From Novakomyces olei (Eukaryota): a stretch of 64,000 bases of DNA. The DNA lies in NCBI GenBank assembly GCA_016906335.1, contig JADEYG010000007.1:1550001-1614000 (forward strand). Reading direction: 5' to 3'. The position numbers and the translations under genes are program-made. The notes beneath the pieces are model-generated. The model did not search any database and was not told the origin of the DNA. It saw only the letters and a program-made list of their open reading frames with translations. Below, in pieces: positions 26,823-39,936 of the stretch (position 1 is the stretch's first letter; the number at the start of each line of letters is the position of its first letter).

Positions 26823-29054
26823 CTAATGGCGCCTGTTATCTTTTCGCCGATTCAGAACGCCCTCAATAACCTGCTTGTCCGGTGTATCCCCACCGGCTTC
26901 TTCAAATCGAGCAATCTCGTACTCGATCCTCTCAGCAATAGGCACAGGGCAGTCTGGCCCATTGTCGGCAAAAAGTCGCAAAACTCCTCTAGCTTCGTCC
27001 AAAAGTCCGTTTTCCAGACAGTGACTCAGAACCTGCAAGTAAGTAGCAGCATGCGGCTTGGCAGTTGACCGGCACATTCGTCTGAATATTGTTACAGCTT
27101 CCTCGCTGCGACCGAGTCTACAAAGCCCATAGATCAGTGTAAGCCATCCGCGTCTGCCTAGCGGGATACTGCTCTCGCCCATTAACTCGTATAGCTGTAA
27201 AGCATCATCCAACATGGGTGGATCAGCAGCGAAAAAAGCCTTCAGCATGGCTCCACACGCATCAATATCGGGCCGGAATCCATGGTCCAGCATGACTTCA
27301 TATACATACAACGTTGCTGGTACATTGACTGCCTTCATCAGCTTCAGCTCTGGATCCTCAATCAAACTGTAAATCTCGTCATTGAACTTTGTGAGTCCAC
27401 ACAATATTGCGGTAAAAGTGGCCGCTGACGGTTTCGGGCCCAGATTCTCCATATTTTTAAGCATATCCCGTGCATTTTGTACACTTTCCGGCCGCTTATC
27501 TGCAAACAACTTGTCCACTAAAACTGTAAACGTGGCCACGTCCATACGGAAGCCCTGGAGTTTCATATCCTTGAAGAGTCGGGCTGCCAGAGTCCAATCA
27601 TCCGCGTGGAAAATGCTGAGTAGAATCGTATTGTACGTTGCCTCATCGGGAGACAATTTAGATTTGTTTCTCATTTGCTGTAGCACTTCAAGGGCCACAG
27701 GCATCTGATGCTGACGGGCCAGTGACCTTAAAACTGCATTGTACAGGGCAACTGAGGGATTAAGCTTATTGGGTTCGGCTTGTAATTCGTTGAAAGCAGC
27801 AATGCCCTCGCGAATAGAGCCTACTTCAATAAGAGCGCAGATCCGGGCTGACCAGAATGAAAGGTTACGCGTAAGACTTGGGTCGCGAGCAATTGCGTCT
27901 TGCCAGATCTTTGCTATACCAAACCTGTCTCTTTGTCTTACACAATATTGTAGCATTTCTTCCCAAATTGTCGGTGAAGGTGGGAAGCCTTTACGCGTCA
28001 TTTCTGCCCATATCTTTTCCGCCTTGCCAATATCGTTTGCACGCAACCAGCCGACTATAAAAACCTGGTAAAAAACACCAGGTAAGTCTACTCGCTTGGA
28101 CATTGCTACTTCGTAAGCCTGCCGGCAGGTGTGATAGTGCCGGTAGCGGAACATTTCACTGACAAAGGCAATGTAGCGCTTTGACGTAGGCGGTACTTGT
28201 TCAATCGCTAGCCGAGCACAAATATGACTGCATTCCTGGACAAAAGGCCCATCGAACCTCTGCCATTTGAGTGATTTAGCCAGCCTCTCCCAGCGCGGGA
28301 TTGGGAATGGTGCCAATACTGATACAACATAAGGCAGCTGCACGCCTTGTACGGTTTCGTTGCGTTTGTCCAGCATTATAATGGCAGCTAAAGCGGCTTC
28401 CGGTCCCGATTCAGCAATGTCCCGATGCCTCTCAAAATCGAGCGAGCCTCCGGCTCCGGGAGACAGTATTTGTACATTTTCCACATTGGTGGGCGGCCCG
28501 TATTGCTGGACGTAGCATTGCTTGAAATGTTCAAACAAGTCCAGGCAGCTGTCCGGGTCTTTTATTTTCAGCAAAGCATGCATCGGCTCCAGTAAGGACT
28601 CTGCCTTTAGAACTTTGTGATTTTGCAGAATAGCAATTGCCTTTGCACGCACCTGCTTGTTAATATCAGTGTTTTTGACACAGCTTCGCCGCACGATTCT
28701 TCCACCAAACTCTGCCAAACTCTCTGGGGACATATCCAACAGATCTGCATAATTTTCCAGCTCTTTTACACCTGTCACCACGTCGCGGCCATAAACGGCA
28801 ATCTTTAGACGGTGCAATGTTTCCCTCACAGCTTGTCTGCGAGCCGCACTGATCGGAGCGGATCTGCCTTGCCGGTCGCCTCTTGGTGAAAGAGTCGAGG
28901 GCCCACTCGCCTTTAGATCGTGCAGCATTGATAACGGGTCGTTATGGTCCTCGCGACGGAGCCTCCTCGATGAGACAGAAGCATTAGCAGCGGCTACATT
29001 GCTTGCCAAACGCCGTCCCGCGATGCGAAATGCCGGCAGCTTTAACAGAGGCAT
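26823..29054 (-). CDS. Mitochondrial pentatricopeptide-repeat protein
   Basis: Basic amphipathic N-terminus and ~35-aa repeats (PSVALYNAVLRSL, PDEATYNTILLS, DVATFTVLVD, PSAATFTAILCG). Confidence 0.88.
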   Translation of the reverse strand: MPLLKLPAFRIAGRRLASNVAAANASVSSRRLRREDHNDPLSMLHDLKASGPSTLSPRGDRQGRSAPISAARRQAVRETLHRLKIAVYGRDVVTGVKELENYADLLDMSPESLAEFGGRIVRRSCVKNTDINKQVRAKAIAILQNHKVLKAESLLEPMHALLKIKDPDSCLDLFEHFKQCYVQQYGPPTNVENVQILSPGAGGSLDFERHRDIAESGPEAALAAIIMLDKRNETVQGVQLPYVVSVLAPFPIPRWERLAKSLKWQRFDGPFVQECSHICARLAIEQVPPTSKRYIAFVSEMFRYRHYHTCRQAYEVAMSKRVDLPGVFYQVFIVGWLRANDIGKAEKIWAEMTRKGFPPSPTIWEEMLQYCVRQRDRFGIAKIWQDAIARDPSLTRNLSFWSARICALIEVGSIREGIAAFNELQAEPNKLNPSVALYNAVLRSLARQHQMPVALEVLQQMRNKSKLSPDEATYNTILLSIFHADDWTLAARLFKDMKLQGFRMDVATFTVLVDKLFADKRPESVQNARDMLKNMENLGPKPSAATFTAILCGLTKFNDEIYSLIEDPELKLMKAVNVPATLYVYEVMLDHGFRPDIDACGAMLKAFFAADPPMLDDALQLYELMGESSIPLGRRGWLTLIYGLCRLGRSEEAVTIFRRMCRSTAKPHAATYLQVLSHCLENGLLDEARGVLRLFADNGPDCPVPIAERIEYEIARFEEAGGDTPDKQVIEGVLNRRKDNRRH

Positions 29055-29139
29055 GCTGAAATTTTTGTTGCAGCTATACTTTAGATTCAGGCCCGAGTCC
29101 TATAATCCGGTAGTAATTTTAGCAGGACTATTAGTTTCA

Positions 29140-29330
29140 ATATTATTTGTTATATATATTTGTTTTATATTATTTGTTTTATACTATCTATCATTATTTA
29201 TTCTTTATTCTTTTATTTATTATTTATTATTTATTCTTTTATTTATTATTTATATTATTTACTCTATTATTTATTCTTTTATTTATTATTTACTCTTTTG
29301 TTCATATAAAAGCCATTTAATATATTAAAC
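29140..29330. repeat. Degenerate (TTATT/TTATTC)-rich low-complexity tract
   Basis: Read directly; lies between divergent genes. Confidence 0.8.
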
Positions 29331-29352
29331 GCGCTGCCCGCTGTCGACGGTG

Positions 29353-30615
29353 ATGACTTCCCTACCGCCACGGCCGCCGTATAGTGATGAGGAATTGGCT
29401 CGGCTGTACCCGCCAGATTTGCGCCTTCTTCAGGTCAATGTGATATTCCGCCATGGCGAACGTACGCCCGTGCGCTACCGCTTACAGAGTGCTGGAGTGC
29501 CCGAGCACTGGCCGCTCTGCGATGCGGCTGCCCGCTTCTCTACAGCTTTAGCCCTTCCTCACAACAGTGACAAAAAGAGCCTAGAGTTCCGTTCAGTACT
29601 CTACGAGAGGCGACTAGAGACCTTTGGCCCGGACGGGCGGCCGTCTGTCGTCGGCGGCGGCAGTATGTGCCTTCTCGGTGAGCTGACAAACAAGGGCCGA
29701 TTGACGACAACAGCGCTGGGCGGCAGACTGCGTGACTTGTACGTGCACCGTCTCCGCTTCCTCAATGACCGACTGAGTGACGCTGAGCAGATTTACCTGC
29801 GGCATACGCCGATGCAGCGGACTGCAGATTCGCTGCACCAAGTCCTGACTGGTCTGTACCCGCCAGAGACAAGAGCGCCTTCCTTTGTACCGACTGTGCT
29901 GCAGCGAGACATTGCCGAGGAGGACCTGTTCCCTAATGAAACGCAGTGCCCTCGGCTGGCTCTGCTGGCGGAGAACTTTGCCCAATTAGCGGCAAAGAAA
30001 TGGAACCCCGTGCTGGCTGGTCGGGCTACCGATACTCTCGGGCCCTTTATAGGCGGCCTTGTCGCCGTCGACGGACACCCGCGTGCCTCGGGTCTGCTCG
30101 ACACGCTAATGTCCGCGTCTGGCAACGGAGTTGTACTGCCCTCCGACTTTCTGGACCCGGCGCTGACTGATGATGTGGAGGGTGCAGCTGTAGACGAATG
30201 GTTTGGCGGGTACATGGCCAGTAAGGAGTACCGCCGCCTCGGTGCTGGCCGGCTGTTGGGCGATATTGTGGACAAAATGCAGAGAGCCTGCCGTACGGAC
30301 TCTTTTAAAATTGGGCTTTATGGTGCACATGATACTACACTCGGGGCAGTTTTGGCCTCACTTGATGCTTTCGACAGACGATGGCCGCCGTACACGTCGT
30401 CACTGGCTTTTGAATTGTTTCAAAGCAGCCAGCGTGCATCGTTCTTTTCGGGACCTGAGCATTATGTGCGTCTACGATACAACGACAAGCCCGTAATAGT
30501 CCCGGCGTGCAAGGGTCATACAAAGGAGGGGGACCCGAGTCTGTGCTCGTTGACACAGTTTGCAAAGATTGTAAAGGAAATTACTCCAAGAGATTGGGTC
30601 AAAGAGTGTTCTTGA
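29353..30615 (+). CDS. Histidine acid phosphatase (branch 2, ACP6-like), no signal peptide
   Basis: RHGERTP and HDTT catalytic motifs; WPPYTSSLAFELF. Confidence 0.92.
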   Translation: MTSLPPRPPYSDEELARLYPPDLRLLQVNVIFRHGERTPVRYRLQSAGVPEHWPLCDAAARFSTALALPHNSDKKSLEFRSVLYERRLETFGPDGRPSVVGGGSMCLLGELTNKGRLTTTALGGRLRDLYVHRLRFLNDRLSDAEQIYLRHTPMQRTADSLHQVLTGLYPPETRAPSFVPTVLQRDIAEEDLFPNETQCPRLALLAENFAQLAAKKWNPVLAGRATDTLGPFIGGLVAVDGHPRASGLLDTLMSASGNGVVLPSDFLDPALTDDVEGAAVDEWFGGYMASKEYRRLGAGRLLGDIVDKMQRACRTDSFKIGLYGAHDTTLGAVLASLDAFDRRWPPYTSSLAFELFQSSQRASFFSGPEHYVRLRYNDKPVIVPACKGHTKEGDPSLCSLTQFAKIVKEITPRDWVKECS

Positions 30616-30792
30616 GCGGATTGATTGCATGCTTCATTATGGCGTTCTACTATTGTACATGGATGACAAACGATAATGGCAAATAAAAATGCGAAATAGA
30701 TGGATAAATGACACTCTCATAACTATATATAGTCATTGTGGATTATAATAAAAAACACGACAGATGAATAATACTGATAAAAATAAATTGCG

Positions 30793-31141
30793 ATTACAAT
30801 AATTACAATAATTACAATAATTACAATAATTACAATAATTACAATAATTACAATAATTACAATAATTACAATAATTACAATAATTACAATAATTACAATA
30901 ATTACAATAATTACAATAATTACAATAATTACAATAATTACAATAATTACAATAATTACAATAATTACAATAATTACAATAATTACAATAATTACAATAA
31001 TTACAATAATTACAATAATTACAATAATTACAATAATTACAATAATTACAATAATTACAATAATTACAATAATTACAATAATTACAATAATTACAATAAT
31101 TACAATAATTACAATAATTACAATAATTACAATAATTACAA
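30793..31141. repeat. (ATTACAATA)n 9-bp tandem repeat, about 39 perfect units
   Basis: Read directly. Confidence 0.99.
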
Positions 31142-31428
31142 CATATGGAAGCTTTCAATATTGATGCTATTTACGTAAAAGACTCCCAATAAAATACGGC
31201 TTTAATCTGCAATATTAATTAATCTTCGAGCATCAGACGCGCCAGAAAACCTGGAGTGTCGGAGTGTCTGAGCTCAAGTGGCGGATTGGCCGAATGCGCA
31301 CTGACTAGACTGTTACAAACAGCATGCAATAAGAGCCAGTACTGTAACGAATAAATGGCGACTCTGGATTTACCAGGGCTGCAGTCTCTCAATGTAGGCT
31401 TCCACGACCCTCCTCTGATCATACTAAT

Positions 31429-32994
31429 ATGCCTTTCCAGGACTCCAGCCCACAGCAAAATGCTACGCAAATCTCATTGCCAACTAACCAGGAGTACCGG
31501 TTCGAGGTTGATTTCGAGAGTACCGTCCATATGACACTCGAAAGCGGTGCTGCAGAGATCTTTGGAGTAGAAATGATGCTTCATCGTCGATACTCTTTTT
31601 CAGGCTACAAGGGCGCTGTTGCGACTTGGGAGGGCTGCTCTCTTACTGTAGAAGGGACGCCGAGCGTCAGTTACATCGGCGAGGAAACTACAATGACTCC
31701 GATCCTCAATTTACATTTTGCACTTGAGAAAATGCGGGATGATGCCTATGATCACGATACTATTGGGCCTCGTGTATGTATTATCGGACCCTCAGATGCC
31801 GGCAAAACGACGCTAGTGAAAACTCTAGCTGGATACGCGACTCGGCTTGGCAAGCATCCGGTGATTGTGAATTTGGATCCTAGTGAGGTATAACACAGAT
31901 TGTAAAATCTACTTGTAACAAGGGACGACAAGAAGGAATAAGGCATGGCAAGAAAAAATTGTAATTAAAAAGAAATCAAATAAAATTTGAAAAAGCCAAA
32001 CAAACAAAGACCTGAAAAATTGACGGAGCTATGATTGGCAAAAGAGGCAATGCTCTCCAGTCGCAGTCAGTATAAATAACAGCTGAAACATTGAGCATGA
32101 CTAACAGTGCAGGGACTGCTAACACCGCCCGGGGTCCTTTCAGCATTCAAAACGCCTAAAGTGCTAGACATAAATACGGACATGGGTTCCACAGACACAA
32201 CGGGCCCTCAGCCCGCTCAGCCTGCTACCCCCGTGGCTTACTTTTACGGGTTTGATACACCGGAGGAATCCAAGCAAAAATATCAACTACTAACATCCCG
32301 GCTCGCTGTCAGTGCACTTTCGAGGCTCAAGGACGACAAGGCTATCTCTGCTGATGGCTGTATTATAGACACGGCAGGCTCCATTGATCAGAGTACGGGA
32401 TATGAAGTTATCGGGAATATAATATCCGATTTTGATGTAAATATTCTTGTGGTAATTGGGAACGAACGATTATACAGCGATATGCACCGACGCTACGATA
32501 AGAATAAGGCAATAAAAATCGTTAAATTTAGAAGGTCCGGTGGCGTAGTTGAGCGTGAGCCTCTTTTCATGCGGAAACAACATGCTCGTGAGTTTCATCG
32601 ATATTTTTACAATACCCCAGAGCACTCACTGAGCCCTTATTCTACTACGGTTCCTGCAAGATCCGTTACAGCGTACCGTGCAACAGATGAATCCGGTGGA
32701 ATTCATTCGTCGGCACTGCCTATCGGATACGAAGCTAGTAATGCACAGGGCGGAGCTCGCCTGGAAAAGCTGGAGTTAGAGAGTATTTCAATTTTACAAA
32801 ACAGTATTTTGGGCGTATCACAGCTTAGTGCAGATGCTGATCCTGCTGATATTCTGAGAGCGCCTATATTGGGCTTTGTTTTTGTTAGCGATGTTAATGA
32901 TACGAAAAACGTTCTAACCATCCTCAGCCCGCTGGCGGGATATCAGCCAAAACACGCTTTACTCCTGGGCGGTCTCAAGTGGCAAGACGCTTGA
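31429..32994 (+). CDS. CLP1: Cleavage/polyadenylation factor Clp1, intron 31888-32112
   Basis: EYRFEV, SGAAEIFGVE, P-loop GPSDAGKTT, IIDTAG and RSGGVVER. Confidence 0.95.
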
Positions 32995-33954
32995 GCGGCG
33001 AGCATCAAACTGTGATAAAAAGTACTATTTAATATGTAATTAAATTAATTAATTAATCAACCAGAATCACCAAGAAGCTGTTTGTAAACTTCAAATTATA
33101 GGTACTGGCACCATATAATCTAGAAAAGTAGACACAGGATGTGCAATCAAACAGTCTGGCCAAGACTCAATTTCTATATAAATAAAACGAGGTATTGTTC
33201 AGAATTAAAGCATCGTTCTATGGAATACATCAATATTTATAAATTCCGCCGCATGATGCGAGACTTATGTGGTCATGATCTGCTTCGACAGTAGTATAAC
33301 CTAAAACTAAACACAACCATCGACTACAGCCAATTTGTGGAAGAAGCGGGTAGTTAGTCTGAAAAGTGATCGGCGAAAACGTAGAGAATATCTGGGAAAG
33401 AATTTACAAAACAATGAGGTTTTAATTACTATTAGTCTGTATCGCCTCTACGGGTCGCTTCCAGTCAGGGAAAGACTGTGCGATCTTGGAAAAGACGAAA
33501 GTTTTCTCTCCTCTAGCATTGATATACGTTCAATTCAGCAACGTTTACGTCGTCTGCCAAACCAAATTCGCAGAGTTTCAACTTTCTAAAGAAAAATTAA
33601 GAGTGACCATTAGGTCTATTTATATTGGTCGCACGGAACATGGCTTGTCTAAAGCAGTATGTAAAAATTATAAATAAGCTGAAAATATTTAGACCTTAAA
33701 ATACGGACGGGGTCCCGTCCACCTTTATACCATTAAGGCAAAAAAGGAAACATGTCAGTCTCGCATATACTTCATATTCATATATTTGTTTGTTTAGCTG
33801 CTTATTTATTTATTCATTTATTTTAATGGCGAACGTTTTAGATATTAAAGTGTAACTCTAACATTAAACAAATACAGTGTTCTAACACAAATTCGAAAAC
33901 CCAATAAATTGCCGATCAGGTTTCACTCATGCCTTCACGACGTACAACAAGCAT

Positions 33955-36060
33955 TTAAAGGTCTGGCAAAATGCCTTTGGATTTGCGTTCGGCCGTCATG
34001 GCCGCAATAACGGCAGCGCCAACACTATGATAAACGTTAGCGATTTTGGTGTATATTCATTAAACACATACCCTGATCCATCAACGGCGGGAACCACTTT
34101 GATCTTTGAGCCCCATTCTTCTCCGAGGATTTCCTTCAAAGCATCTGACCCTCGCCTTTCGAAATGGGGGTACTTGTTGAATACAGAGCCATCTGCTCCC
34201 ACCAAGCATTCCTTGATATTCTTCTTCTTCATGACAGCAGCGATTCCGGTATGACTGAGTCGGGCAGAACGAAGACCGATCAGTTCTGTCAAATGGCGTA
34301 CCAGTAAACGCTCACATTTATCTAGAGATAGATCAAACTCGCGTTCGAAAACTGCAGCAGTTTCACTCAGATTCTCAAAGGGATCGCTATTGAAATTAGA
34401 TGATATATTGATACAAGCGACTTACACTTCGATCTCACTCAAAACTGCCGTATCAATAGCATACTGGCTCTGGATTCGCGAGAGATCCTGGTTGTGCAAA
34501 ATCAAACCTTCAGAATGCAGATCGATGAGAACAAGACGTAATAGCTCGCCGAGGTAAAGACCGGCAATCATTTTTTCAAAAGCTTGCTGGCCCGGTCGAG
34601 GCGACTGTTCGTCAATCATAACGTCATACTTTGTACGTGGCAAATATCGGTGCTCATTGTCAAATGCTCCCCTGATTGTAAGCTAACGTTTGCGACAAGC
34701 ACAAATTATCCTATAGTTTGAAATAAATTATGAAAATAAACCAGTACAGATTCATACCATTCACAATTAATAGCCATTTGCAAATCATCATCAAGGTGTA
34801 AATGCTCCAGTTTCTTTATGTACTTAGCCTCTTCCATGTATGCAGCGTTGCAACCAGTTCCAAAAATGCAGCCCATCTTACAACGGCTGTCCTTATAGGC
34901 AGAAGCAATCATTGTCCCGGTAGTATCATTAATGACTGCAGCAACACGGCAATTGCTGCCGGCCCGCTCTAAAGCCTTATTGAAAATCGGTACAACATCT
35001 TTGCCCTCAGTGTCGGCAATATCAAAACCCTTAGTCCAGCGCTGCAAAATACCGCTCTGAATACTGTTCTGAGTGACAGGGTAAGAAAAGGTAAATCCTA
35101 AATGCAGCTCATCATCATCATCCTTTTCATTATTTTCTTTAATGAAGGTTGCAACACATCCGGCCATAAAGTCCCATAGAGGTTGTGGATCTCCATGCTT
35201 CAATTTTTCGTCCTAAATATGGTTAACAGGATTGTCATTGTCACAAAAAAAGAAGAAAAAAAATTTTCAAGAAAGATAGCGTAAGAGGACCTGAGAATAA
35301 ACCAACAAATATAATTCAGTATTTAGAACTCATTAAAAGAACTAATCGAATGAGCATTTAGAGGCTGAAACATTGGAAGCGATTAGAGTATAAGCTGAAA
35401 ATAAAAATCATAATGGAAAATAATTCCAAAAATACCATTTTGAACTTGTCTTGGATGATATCAAAGCCGCCCTTGCCGTCTAGTGTGACTTCGCAAACAC
35501 GGATATTCGTCCCTCCCATATCAAGAGCGAGGTACCTTCCCTTCTCGTGCCCAGAGGGAAACCCCATCACCCAAGTCGGGTTCATCGGCTAATTTTGTTA
35601 GAAGCGTCTAGTTGAGCTATAAGCGTACAATACTGCCTCCCTCTGGCGATAGACCTGTGGCATAGTTAGTAATTGCCCAGACGGTATTGAGCCATTGCAA
35701 TGCTCTCAAAAACTCAAAAGCTTTTCTCTTTCTGCTACGGTAAACTTACCTTGGTCGAGTTGCTCAATGAACCGATCCGATATGTATTTCAGTTTATCGG
35801 AATCGACTTTGAATTCCATGGTCAGCTTGGTAAGTGCATTTTTGATATTTTCTGGAATGACGTCCCCAAAACCATGACGATGAGGGGTGCGAAACTTGAG
35901 CCCGTTAGCGTCCAATGAAGAATTAAGCCAAGGAAAAAAATCGATTCAGAATAAATGAATGAACCCAATCAAACTCGACACGAAACAAGAGAAACAAAAA
36001 GCAACTTGCTCAGATTTGCTTCGCACTTACAGGAGCAACGTAGGCCTGTTCACGAGACAT
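33955..36060 (-). CDS. Hexokinase, 8 exons
   Basis: LALDMGGTNIRV, LGFTFSYP, WTKGF, INDTTGT, NCEW|GAFD, FEKMIAGLYLGE and DGSG|VGAA. The first exon MSREQAYVAP precedes GTAAGT. Confidence 0.96.
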
Positions 36061-36283
36061 TGCTTGTAATAGTCGTGTACAATTGAAAAGGACGTACTCC
36101 TTTTTCGTTGGAAAGCGCGCCCTTTAAGATCTCGCGAGCCAAGTAACGTATCGGCCACGATTATATCATCAAGATCTTCGGCATTAATGTACGTAATATC
36201 AGTAATGTATGTGATAATGCATATGTAATCCAGTTTGCAGCCAAGAATTATCAGGTTCAACAAAGTCGGATATATATCACTGG

Positions 36284-36284
36284 A

Positions 36285-36327
<43 letters not shown>
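36284..36327. repeat. (ATT)n microsatellite, about 14 units
   Basis: Read directly. Confidence 0.95.
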
Positions 36328-36329
<2 letters not shown>

Positions 36330-36592
36330 CAATATTGGTGTGAATTATTATTATGCCAGACGGAAAATAAGTAAAAGCTTTTATGTATTAAACTGAGTGT
36401 GTAAACGGCTTTATACAACAATTTATAGAAAGACTAGTGCGCCGTAGGGGTAGTAGAGTAGTCTTGCAGTGCATTAAAATTTGCTGGTTCAAGAAAACGT
36501 TTAACTTGCCATTTATGTGTCACTCCCGAATCATAAAAGCAAAGCATTAAACAGGCAAAAATACTTTCATTTCAATGGTATTACTTTTCAGA

Positions 36593-37366
36593 CTATCGGC
36601 CACGTCCTCCACGACTAAAACCACCTCGGCCACCACCTCTAAATCCACCACGGCCGCCAGCTTCAAACCCACCACGACCGCCTCGTCCAGGACCCCCAAA
36701 TGAGCCACCACGGCCCCCACGGCTGAAACCCCCACCACGACCACCTCGTCCAGGTGGACCCCCTCGGCCGCCCCGAGCGCCTCCACGAGCGCCTCCTCCA
36801 CGAGCCCCTCGTTTTTGCACGGAGCCTAGAGGGTTTAGTTTTAATAATTCGTTCAACGTATTAATAAATCTTACCTGACTGCTTGGGTTTCGGCAGGAAC
36901 CGTTCCAGCGGCAAAAGCTTATCCCCGCCAATATAAAAAAGATCGCCAGCCTTGAACGATGTAGCAACAACACCTTCTTGAGGCTTGATGGTAAAGTAAA
37001 CTTGATTCATGGGACCCAATATTTCGTCCACTTTGCCAATTTGCGACTGTTTCACATGTTAGAACAGAACCAAGAGAAAATCAATATGAAAAGGAAATTA
37101 TAGGGTAAGCAAACCTTGTTTTCCAAATACACGGGCGCATTAAAGTATGGAATTTTAACATTGGTTGATTTGCATACGAGATCGCCTTCGCAGCCATGAA
37201 GAAAAGATCCGAGTTCTAAGTTTTAATTAGTCTCGCACGACAATGTTGCTTTGCTACCGAAAACACGGTCAGGCGGACCGAAATTAGCACGATCACCGCC
37301 ATAGCCGCCGCCAAAACCACCGCGACCGCCGCCGCGGCCGCCGCCACGACCACCGCGAAAGCTCAT
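36593..37366 (-). CDS. GAR1: H/ACA snoRNP protein Gar1, 4 exons
   Basis: RGG tails at both ends; core [38 protein letters not shown]. Confidence 0.97.
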
Positions 37367-37851
37367 TACAAGTTTTTGGGTCAGAGGAAGTTTTTTATGC
37401 AATATATTATCTGTGTATTAAAGAGTATGAATTTATAGCGGATTTCTTATTACTATTCTCCGCGAGATTGTATTGAAGTATGGCAATATATTGTGGCAGA
37501 AGCTGCGACAAACCTAGGAAAAGCGTAATACAATTTATCTACGTCTGTGGCTGTATATGGTAGTTTTGTATACAAATTAGTATATGGTAGTTGTGTATAA
37601 TATGGTAGTTGTGTATATTGGATTTTGTACATAATTAAGGTATCATAGTTATAGTTGTATCTTGAGAATCTGTATATAATATTTGTATATGGTATATATA
37701 CAATGGTCACAAGAAATATGACGCCTCACATATTCCTCCACGATTACTTTACAAACGAAAACACAATAATCCAAATTCATAAATATTACGGCACACGTAA
37801 AGACGATCAGTCGCAAGCAAAACAGTTCCAGATCGTGATCCCCTCAACAAT

Positions 37852-38846
37852 ATGGCAACAGTCCAGGCGAAGAATATCGCGCCGTCGATAAGCAAAAAGC
37901 AGGTATCAGATTTCTTCTCATTCTGCGGAAAAATCGCCTCTATCGATTTAGAGCCGTCAAAGGAAGACGATGGAGCTACACAAGTAGCAACCATAAAGTT
38001 TGAGAAAAAGGCAGCCGCGTAAGTTGTTGGCCCATAATGATATATTTTATTAATGGTACAGTGAGACTGCGATCTTGCTGCAGGATGCACAACTGGGTCC
38101 GAACAAAATTGCCATCACTTCCAATGATGTAACAGCCGGTGGAAGCTCAAAGTCTACATCTGCCGCAGCGGCCGCAGCTGCCGCTGGAGCTTCTAATGGC
38201 AGTAGCAGTCCCCTTGAACAAGAGGACAAACCACATTCTGCTATTCTCGCAGAAGTCCTCAGTCACGGCTATGTATGAGACACTTGACTCCTTTTAAGCC
38301 TCTACTTGTTTACGTTTAAGCGTGGTTTACGCCAAGGTCTACTTATTCACGAATGCCATTTTCTGGTTTTGTCACAAATCGGGTTTAGACCATTTAGACT
38401 CACGTTTTTACCGTTGACGTCTATTTTGGCTGAACGCGTCTTGCACTTTTTTTGCTATTTTTATTTAACTTGGACTAACGGTCTAGGCATTGACGGACAA
38501 GACGATCGCTGCCGGTCTAGAGTTGGACAAGCAGCACGGAATTTCCGACAAATTTTACAAGCTGCTCGACAATGCTTCCAGCAACGTGTCACAGATTGAT
38601 CAAAAGCTCCATATCTCGGAGAATGTCTCCCCCTACTGGAACTTGACGACTTCTAAGCTGGGAGAGTTTTTCCAGGCGGCAAAGGAAAGTACGGTCGGAA
38701 GCAAAGTACAAGAGTTCTATTCAGATGGTGTTTCCCGTGTGAATGAAGTACGTGCTGAAGCACGTCGTTTGGCAGATGAGCGCTCTTCTGAGGCCAAGCC
38801 TGAGGCTCAGACTAGCGCGCCCGATAATCCCGCGCCTTCTACTTAG
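37852..38846 (+). CDS. RRM-domain protein, Vip1-like, 3 exons
   Basis: NIAPSISKKQVSDFFSFCGKI, ETAILLQDAQL, QEDKPHSAILAEVLSHGY and LDKQHGIS..EARRLA. Confidence 0.85.
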
Positions 38847-39210
38847 GATCATTACTTTATTTAATAGTATTTGGCTGCACTTTGTCTTGGATGCTTTTTT
38901 TTACCTTACTGTCTCGTTATGGATTATTCAAGGTTTCAATGCAGTCTTTTGCCCCATGAAATATTTGGCAAGGCTTTTTGCCTTGGAAAAATGGTTTAGT
39001 CTGAATATGAAGATTCCTTTTTCTTTTGCCAGCCGGGAGAGGTTTTGATTTTGTCTTGATAGTAATGATAGTGTTTTTTGAACCGTGTTCAATGACGTAG
39101 TACAATTAGTGTTGAATAATTGCCACAATGTTCAGTATCTGATTGTTTTGTTTGAGTATCAAAAAATGGCAACGGGCGCCCACGCACAAATTCTGCACAT
39201 ATATAAAATT

Positions 39211-39263
39211 TAACCCTAAACCTAACGCTAATGATACCACTATGTACCAAGTGGTAACCCTAA
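39211..39263. promoter_or_regulatory. Paired teloboxes TAACCCTAA
   Basis: Two copies between the Vip1-like gene and the MFS gene. Confidence 0.55.
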
Positions 39264-39936
39264 TAACTAGAAAGCACGTTTCCTTATCAGCGTTTGCCAT
39301 ATAATAACTTAATTAACAGAGATTAGGTCAATCTTCAATACATGGTAAATTAGTGTTGAATGAAGCGCAGACAGGAATCGTTACCAAAATGGGAAAACTA
39401 CGCTTGACGGGTTAAGCTTAACGTTGCGCAATAGCACAGGAAAGAAGGCCTGATTACAAATCAACGCTATAATTGCTGTTCTAATATGGGCGCAGACCTA
39501 ATCCAACGGAGTCAAAGTCAGTCTTAATTCTTTCATCGAGCCTGGAAGAAGCAAAGCATTTGCCACGGTCTTTGGAAGTACAAACAGCTTGATCTCGGCC
39601 GCAGAGTGTTTTAATGGATTTAAGGTTCGACAGATGATATGTTTTGCCGATCTTTGAAATTACAAAGAGAATAAAAAAGGGACTGGAAAGGTCAGAGTTC
39701 CTTTCAAGTGACAGAAGTACTCGGTTTTGTGCAGTCAAAAACATATGCGCTTTATTCAATTTGTAACTTGGCTCGCGGATAGCAAGCAAATCTAATTTGG
39801 CATTCAAACTTTCTCCTTTCGACTCAACGGAGGATCAACAAAACTGGAATTTAAAATATTCAAAGGCGAAGAAAAAGACTAATATTACTGAATTAATTAG
39901 CTGAACGGAACAGTGCTTTAAGGAGTGTCTCGGAAA

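Noticed and set aside
30733-31158. (NYC)n Cys-rich ORF
   Set aside because: Perfect DNA repeat with no synonymous variation, and a TTG start.
32031-32086. Possible intronic C/D snoRNA in CLP1
   Set aside because: The C box is degenerate (ATGATTG), the element is too short, and I recognised no guide sequence.
39236-39263. Hairpin TACCACT/AGTGGTA next to TAACCCTAA as an alternative TER template
   Set aside because: The stem is short and overlaps the template, the site is one of a telobox pair, and there is no other TER-like structure.
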